Part shown: piece after piece, positions 5,139-10,476 of the stretch
How positions within the stretch are numbered: the stretch's first letter is position 1
How the letters are laid out: every line of letters begins with the position of its first letter
Assembly (NCBI GenBank): GCA_046497275.1
Contig: JAWOFX010000140.1
Coordinates: forward strand, 1 to 10,476
DNA length: 10,476 bases
Source: Promethearchaeia archaeon
Lineage (GTDB): Archaea > Asgardarchaeota > Lokiarchaeia > Sigyniarchaeales > SOKP01
Direction of reading: 5' to 3'
Notes under the pieces: generated by a model
Databases searched by the model: none
Seen by the model: the letters and a program-made list of their open reading frames with translations, nothing else
Told to the model about the DNA's origin: nothing
Translations under genes and position numbers: made by a program

Positions 5139-7928
5139 TTATCTCCGCAAAACTACTTTTAAGGTTGCTATCACATGAGGATCTAATTCTAACTCTAATT
5201 TTTGGTTTTTGATATTATTAATCTTCGCTTTAATTACGTTTATTGGTTCTTCTTCTAGGAAATTCACTATAAATGCCTTATCAATTTCAATATACTCACA
5301 TGATTCTATTATACCTTTTTGTGGTCTGTTAGAAATATTATATACTCTAAGAATCAAATCCTCTCCAATTTCACTTTTCTTAATAGCACTAATAATAATA
5401 GAATCATTATCAATAGATAAGAAACTTAGATGGTCTTTTAAATATCCTTTCTGCGAAGGTTTTTTATAAGGTAAGTAAAGTGAGAGCATACCAGTAGGTT
5501 TTAATATTACTTTTCGAAGTAACCTAAGTTGTGAATCAGTCATTGTTGGGAACATTGGCAATAAACTGCAATTAAATTCATTTGCCCTTTTATGGATTTT
5601 TGCGTCTGCCCAATTCTTTTTATCATTATCAATGATCAGTGATAATTCAAAAGCATGGCTTCCGAGGCATTGTGCTCCCGGTGTATTCATTTCAGGTCCA
5701 GCATGAGAATTTCTTGTCGGAAAATCATCTCTTGATAACCATTCAATACATCTTAATAATGTTATTGCTAATGTAATGCTCTCATCTTCATTTCTTATTG
5801 CTTCATATTCAGGTAGTCCCTTATTTAATACAGAGAAGACTGTTTTATCATCATTTACAGACACAAAGTTCTTTTGGTGATTAGTAGGCTGTGGAGCTTG
5901 AACCCATCTATCCCCATTTGGTAAGTCTATATCTCTTTGAAGTACATGGAAATGTCCGTCCACATTAACTTTATCCGCTTCAATCTTTGATGGAAATAAC
6001 ACTCTTAACCTATGATCTTTACAATTATTTATCATTTCAATTCGAAAATCAATTCTCTTAATCTCTTTATATAAGGTGATGTATAATCTGATTGGATTAT
6101 CTGTAAGAAATGTTTCTCTTTCATATCTCTCCTCAGTAAGAGAGATAGGAAGTTTTAAATTCATATCAATTTTAACTGTTTTTTGAGTCGGACCTTTTAC
6201 AAGATACGCAATTTCTTGAATATGGGCATCCTCAGTGGTATATTTTATGTCAACTTGATTTTGTTTCGGTCCTGAAAAATCATATTCGTCTCCCCAATCG
6301 CCCACATCTTCAAATTTACAAATATTCTCATACCAAATATCGCTCTCTTTATCTAATATATTTATTTTACCTTCTTTATTAATAGTTATCTGATAATACT
6401 CATTCTGAAAAGTATCGCCTATATATAAGTAAGATTGTTCTTTTTTAGTTAACATAGAGGGGTTTTCATCTGGATTTAGATAATATGTGCTCCACCCACA
6501 AGCTGGCACTTCTGCTATGAATGTAAATCGTTTGCTTATATTAGATTCTTGAGTATAACGAGGCTCTTCTTTAACTAGATAACCTTGATAATTAACCTCT
6601 TTACCAGAGTGATCTATTAATTTAAAGTGGGAGGGAAAACCTCCACTTCCTTTTTTAGGAGTAATAGCGTTAAATTCTACAATATCTTTTCTTTTATAAG
6701 GTAAAGGATTATAGATAACTAATGGAATCCAGCCATCCTTTTCAGGATTAAATTTAATTGATTTACTCAGATGAATCAATGAATTTTTTATTATTTCTGT
6801 TCCAATTTGTTCTGCCCAATCAAATCGAGTTTTCATCTCTTCATGTACTTGATCTATTGAGCATCCGCATATTGAATCATGAGGATGATTTTTTATCAAC
6901 CATTTTAAGCCAGTGGAGATATATTCTTTTGGATATTCAAATTTCTGGTTTTCATCTAAGATCCATGATATTGTCGCCAATGGTTCAGTATATTTTTCAA
7001 ACAAATATTCTATTGCAGTGTTTCTTTGTTTTATCCACATCCTTGCTGAAAAAACTCCAGATAATAAATGAGCATACTTCCCTCCTCTAAGTTCTCCTTC
7101 GAACTCTTTTAATTTTGGATTAAATTGAAGAACTTTATCAATATAAAACTCAAAATCGTTTTGGATTATTTCTCTTTCTGGATATTTTTCATTCCATTGA
7201 TTAATAATTTCAGGGATCTCTGGCTGGGCCTCTTTATGATCTGAACCATTATTCAATAGGATATAAGGAGTGGCTGTATATTTTTCTAACTGGTTAGAAA
7301 TATTTTTAATTTTACGTAACGCTGAATTATATTTACCATTTATTTGTTTTGTATTTAGATCTGCTATTGAACCATAACTTAAAATTAAATGAATTCCCAG
7401 TATAGAAGTAGCTTTTCCTGGAGCATTCCATTTAAATTCCATATTCAAATCTTTTTCTTCGAATTCATTTCCGAAACCTCTCCAAAAAATCACGGAAGGT
7501 ATTTCAAATCCTTTCAGAATCTGCGGTAGTTGGGCAATATGACCGAAAGGATCAGGAATATACCCCGCCTTCATCACCCTACCAAACTGCTCAGCATACT
7601 GGTGTCCAAATAATAGATTTCTAATAAGCGACTCTCCACTGACAAGGAATTCATCAGGTAAAACATACATAGGGCCGATCGTCAATCTATTCTCCTTCAC
7701 ATATTTCTCGATTACTTCTCGTTTTTCTGGCCGAATTTCTAAATAATCCTCTATTGGAATGGTTTGCCCATCAAATGTGAAATTTTTATAATCGGGATTT
7801 GTTGCTAAAATATTGAGTAGTTTATCGAACATTAAGACTAATTCTGCCCTAAATTCTTGAAAAGGAAGGTACCATTCTCTATCCCAATGAGTTTCTGGAA
7901 CTAAAATTATTTTTTCTGCTTTAACCAT
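5139..7928 (-). CDS. Glycoside hydrolase family 38 alpha-mannosidase (MngB/SpGH38-like subtype), no signal peptide
   Basis: N-terminal VPETHWDREWY (Zn ligands H-x-D), FDGQT, PDEFLVSGESLIRNL, nucleophile motif GYIPDPFGH, NNGSDH, NHPHDSICGCS, and C-terminal GH38 beta-domain motifs DVGDWGDEY, DHRLRVLFP, TLLRCIEWLSRDD. 929 aa. Confidence 0.95.
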   Translation of the reverse strand: MVKAEKIILVPETHWDREWYLPFQEFRAELVLMFDKLLNILATNPDYKNFTFDGQTIPIEDYLEIRPEKREVIEKYVKENRLTIGPMYVLPDEFLVSGESLIRNLLFGHQYAEQFGRVMKAGYIPDPFGHIAQLPQILKGFEIPSVIFWRGFGNEFEEKDLNMEFKWNAPGKATSILGIHLILSYGSIADLNTKQINGKYNSALRKIKNISNQLEKYTATPYILLNNGSDHKEAQPEIPEIINQWNEKYPEREIIQNDFEFYIDKVLQFNPKLKEFEGELRGGKYAHLLSGVFSARMWIKQRNTAIEYLFEKYTEPLATISWILDENQKFEYPKEYISTGLKWLIKNHPHDSICGCSIDQVHEEMKTRFDWAEQIGTEIIKNSLIHLSKSIKFNPEKDGWIPLVIYNPLPYKRKDIVEFNAITPKKGSGGFPSHFKLIDHSGKEVNYQGYLVKEEPRYTQESNISKRFTFIAEVPACGWSTYYLNPDENPSMLTKKEQSYLYIGDTFQNEYYQITINKEGKINILDKESDIWYENICKFEDVGDWGDEYDFSGPKQNQVDIKYTTEDAHIQEIAYLVKGPTQKTVKIDMNLKLPISLTEERYERETFLTDNPIRLYITLYKEIKRIDFRIEMINNCKDHRLRVLFPSKIEADKVNVDGHFHVLQRDIDLPNGDRWVQAPQPTNHQKNFVSVNDDKTVFSVLNKGLPEYEAIRNEDESITLAITLLRCIEWLSRDDFPTRNSHAGPEMNTPGAQCLGSHAFELSLIIDNDKKNWADAKIHKRANEFNCSLLPMFPTMTDSQLRLLRKVILKPTGMLSLYLPYKKPSQKGYLKDHLSFLSIDNDSIIISAIKKSEIGEDLILRVYNISNRPQKGIIESCEYIEIDKAFIVNFLEEEPINVIKAKINNIKNQKLELELDPHVIATLKVVLRR

Positions 7929-7937
7929 AAATATTCG

Positions 7938-7943
7938 TCCTCA
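7938..7943 (-). promoter_or_regulatory. Shine-Dalgarno motif for the GH38 gene
   Basis: The minus strand reads TGAGGA-CGAATATTT-ATG. Confidence 0.6.
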
Positions 7944-8074
7944 TTCATATATTAACTAAGTATTTTAAATCATTTTACTCTTTAAATCTAATCCTTTAAG
8001 AACACTTATATGAAAAATTAAGATAATACGAAAAGGTTTTTTTCAAATTTTATAAAAAGTTACACTTCGAAAAT

Positions 8075-8083
8075 AAAAAAAAA
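8075..8083 (-). terminator. Oligo-T (T9 on the minus strand) terminator candidate for the 153-aa gene
   Basis: A9 on the plus strand starting 7 nt after the TAG stop (8090-8092) of the minus-strand gene. Confidence 0.5.
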
Positions 8084-8089
8084 TTTCCT

Positions 8090-8551
8090 CTAATCAAAAT
8101 CTTCATCATCCCAATCTAAAATTACTCTTTTTTTATCATTTTCTCCATTTATGGAAGCTCCTCCTTGTCCTAATTTATCCACATCCTCAAAGTCTACATT
8201 AGGATTGAGCATATCTAATAACTTTCTCTCTTCTTCCGACATTTCATATTTTCCTTCCATCATATTATAAAAATCCTGCAAAAGATCCTCATTTTGAGAA
8301 TATCGCTTAGCAGTTTGCTTAAAGAACCAACCAACTATTTTCTCCCATATTTTATTTAACCAGCCCATAAAGCCTGTTTTTTCTTTTGGTTTTGAGTTCC
8401 GTTCTAAGTTTCTGCGATGAGTTATCTCTTGTTGAATATATTGAGCCCACTCCTCTCGAGGAACTTCCATTAATTTCAATTCCTCTTTTAATTTCTTGAT
8501 CAATTTTTTTTCATCCTCTGAAAGAGATGATTTACGCTCATTTTTAGTCAT
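8090..8551 (-). CDS. Hypothetical protein (153 aa) with central Trp-rich amphipathic helix and acidic C-terminus
   Basis: Non-overlapping ORF followed by a T9 terminator candidate; charged helical composition; GFMGWLNKIWEKIVGWFFK segment; ends ILDWDDEDFD. No family recognised. Confidence 0.8.
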   Translation of the reverse strand: MTKNERKSSLSEDEKKLIKKLKEELKLMEVPREEWAQYIQQEITHRRNLERNSKPKEKTGFMGWLNKIWEKIVGWFFKQTAKRYSQNEDLLQDFYNMMEGKYEMSEEERKLLDMLNPNVDFEDVDKLGQGGASINGENDKKRVILDWDDEDFD

Positions 8552-8667
8552 TTTTTCTCAATTGATAAAAATGAATAAATTCTATTATATTTTTTTAATT
8601 AAACGATTCTGCTTCAATAATTATCATCGTAATAAAAACTAAGGGTAAAAAAAGAATGAATTTAATT

Positions 8668-9561
8668 TTAATTGAAATCTAATGGTTTTTCTAATGGACC
8701 TTGTATTCCTAATTTCTTAGCAAAGTTGCGCATAAATTTTCTTCTTGACTCTAAATAAATTTCCAATAATATCATACTTGGTATGATTAAAATTGAAACT
8801 AGAATTGGCATGAGTGGAAGCAATATAACTGCAGTAATAAATCCAGGATTAGTTGGATCATTATATCTATTAAACATATCTATCAAAAATAAAACGTAAC
8901 TAAATATTACACCAATTCCTGCATAACCCTTTAAGAGATAATGGTACCAAGAACCAACAGAACGGACTTCAATAGGATCAATCGTGTTTTTTACTTTTTG
9001 TTTATTTGTAAATACAATTCCAGCATCTGATAAAAACCATACTGGAGAGAATATTCCCATTGATAATGTTGTCATAAAGGGAATGAGAGCACTAAAACCA
9101 ACAATAGGCCAAAGCTTATCACTACCTCCACCACCAATAAGATATTCGGGGTCTACGATAAAATCTCGAGCAAAAGTAGTCAATCCAATCATTAAGGAAA
9201 GATTCACAGCTAGTAAAGCCGGAAATACTCCCTTCCATATCCTTTTGAATTTTTTTGGTTTTTCTCTGTCTTGAACTCCAAATTGCATTCTAAATCCAAT
9301 TGTTTTTTTATATACATAGAGCATTAAAGGGCCAAAAAGATAGCCAGGCAAAAATCCTCCAATAAGCGCACCAATGGGAACAAAAAGAAAAATTGCCATA
9401 ACTTGAAGTATTAAAGAATTAAAAGGCAATATCACCGTCATTCTACTTCCTCCATCACCATCTTCCATAAAAAATATATTAATAATTGCAAATGGGATCG
9501 TTGTCAAAAAATAAAATACCAAAAAAATGATTATCGCTTTTTTATACCTTGAGAAATTCAT
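8668..9561 (-). CDS. Multi-pass integral membrane protein (about 6-7 predicted TM segments), function unknown
   Basis: Hydrophobic stretches at about aa 8-30, 43-82, 111-129, 150-177, 208-226 and 239-266, separated by basic loops. Contains the motif-like segment WFLSDAGIV..EVRSVGSWY..LLKGYAGI. Confidence 0.85.
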   Translation of the reverse strand: MNFSRYKKAIIIFLVFYFLTTIPFAIINIFFMEDGDGGSRMTVILPFNSLILQVMAIFLFVPIGALIGGFLPGYLFGPLMLYVYKKTIGFRMQFGVQDREKPKKFKRIWKGVFPALLAVNLSLMIGLTTFARDFIVDPEYLIGGGGSDKLWPIVGFSALIPFMTTLSMGIFSPVWFLSDAGIVFTNKQKVKNTIDPIEVRSVGSWYHYLLKGYAGIGVIFSYVLFLIDMFNRYNDPTNPGFITAVILLPLMPILVSILIIPSMILLEIYLESRRKFMRNFAKKLGIQGPLEKPLDFN

Positions 9562-9589
9562 TTTATTCTTTTATGATTTTTTTAGTAAG

Positions 9590-9603
9590 ATAGATATATC
9601 TAT
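9590..9603. promoter_or_regulatory. Perfect 14-bp palindrome, possible operator
   Basis: ATAGATATATCTAT is its own reverse complement and lies 29-42 nt upstream of the ATG (9561) of the membrane protein gene. Confidence 0.3.
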
Positions 9604-9609
9604 TGGTTT

Positions 9610-10476
9610 TTAAGTTAATAAAGTCTTACCTACAACACTTTCATGAGGTTGTATTGCTAATAAATCTAACATTGTGGGTACCATATCAGTAGTCTTACAA
9701 TATTGTATCTCTTTATTTGGTATTGAGTCACTTCCCCCGATAATGAAAGGAACATTCATAGATTTTCTAAGAGCTATGTCATGTGAATATAAATGCTTAT
9801 TCATCGTTTTTCCGTGCTCATAATTGAATGCATATTCACCTAAAGTTGAAATTAAGATATCAGAAGATCTTGGATTCTTAAAAAACCTTGGAATTTGATC
9901 AATAATTATAGGAAAATCGATTTCATAAGTTTTTGATAACCATTCATCTATGTCATGGAATTTTCCATCTAGGTGTTCTTTATCTTTTTCTTGATTATTA
10001 TATCCAAATATATCTAAATCATCACTACTATATTTAGTTTTCAGATTAGGTCCAAATCCTTTATATTCGATTATTCCAGTTAAAGTTTCTCCAGTTTTAC
10101 TATTTTTTTTATTGATATAAATTTTTCCTCTTTCTGGACTATTTTTATCATCTCTGTAGTACATTAATTTGACACCAGGAATTTTCCATAACACATTGAA
10201 AAGATTTATAGATTTATGATTGCCTGATGTCTTAAATTTCTCCATCTCTTCAATTGTTGGGTGATGCTGCCAAGATTTCCCGGGAAAGTTGAAAGAACCT
10301 ACAGATCCAAAATTAGCATCAAAATCTCCTTTACCTTTTTTAGGATCGTAAGGTATTAATCCATTGGATTTAAAAAACGGTTCTAAATCATATAATTTTT
10401 CCGCTTTATAGTTCCCATGATCAGAAATCACTGCGATTGCAGTATCATCATAATGTCCTTCAGATTTTAAGAATTT
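9610..10476 (-). CDS. Alkaline phosphatase superfamily enzyme (type I phosphodiesterase / nucleotide pyrophosphatase-like), 5'-truncated
   Basis: The frame stays open beyond the GTG at 10431 to the window edge (KFLKSEGHYDDTAIAVISDHGNYK). xxSDHG is the metal-binding motif of the superfamily. Also seen: PRSSDILIS, the late His in YSHD..SMNVPFII, and C-terminal TTDMVPTMLDLL...VVGKTL. Confidence 0.85.
   Translation of the reverse strand, partial: KFLKSEGHYDDTAIAVISDHGNYKAEKLYDLEPFFKSNGLIPYDPKKGKGDFDANFGSVGSFNFPGKSWQHHPTIEEMEKFKTSGNHKSINLFNVLWKIPGVKLMYYRDDKNSPERGKIYINKKNSKTGETLTGIIEYKGFGPNLKTKYSSDDLDIFGYNNQEKDKEHLDGKFHDIDEWLSKTYEIDFPIIIDQIPRFFKNPRSSDILISTLGEYAFNYEHGKTMNKHLYSHDIALRKSMNVPFIIGGSDSIPNKEIQYCKTTDMVPTMLDLLAIQPHESVVGKTLLT

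Noticed and set aside
5209-5469. 86-aa plus-strand ORF
   Set aside because: It lies entirely antisense to the GH38 gene with no motif or RBS; a shadow ORF.
6758-7090. 110-aa plus-strand ORF
   Set aside because: It is antisense to the conserved HPHDSICGCS region of the GH38 gene; a shadow ORF.
8984-9274. 96-aa plus-strand ORF
   Set aside because: It is antisense to the membrane protein gene and has no recognisable features.
9610-10431. GTG at 10431 as the start of a 273-aa protein
   Set aside because: The frame continues to the window edge and the GTG lies inside the AIAVISDHG metal-binding strand.
1-10476. Selenocysteine or other stop-codon recoding, programmed frameshifts, pseudogenes
   Set aside because: All accepted ORFs end in TAA or TAG, the complete ones have family-typical lengths, and no split domains were seen.

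Overview
AT-rich (roughly 30% GC by eye) prokaryotic chromosomal segment with ten probable protein-coding genes, two cut by the window edges. No rRNA, tRNA, CRISPR array or mobile element was recognised. In order: C-terminal part of a long heptad coiled-coil protein (+); ACT-domain protein and DUF711/PFL-like protein, a known conserved pair (+); DUF429 RNase H-fold predicted nuclease (+); trans-isoprenyl diphosphate synthase (-); 92-aa hypothetical (+); GH38 alpha-mannosidase (-); 153-aa hypothetical (-); 297-aa multi-pass membrane protein (-); C-terminal part of an alkaline-phosphatase-superfamily enzyme (-). The archaeal-type prenyl synthase, oligo-T terminators without GC hairpins, low GC and the style of the hypothetical proteins suggest an archaeon, possibly Asgard/Lokiarchaeia (inference, not shown). 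I see no clear self-contained novel system. The best leads are a prenyl synthase with long-chain rather than GGPP chain-length residues, a ~30-aa insertion in the DUF711 protein, and a small protein combining an amphipathic Trp helix with a C-terminal LDWDD acidic motif.
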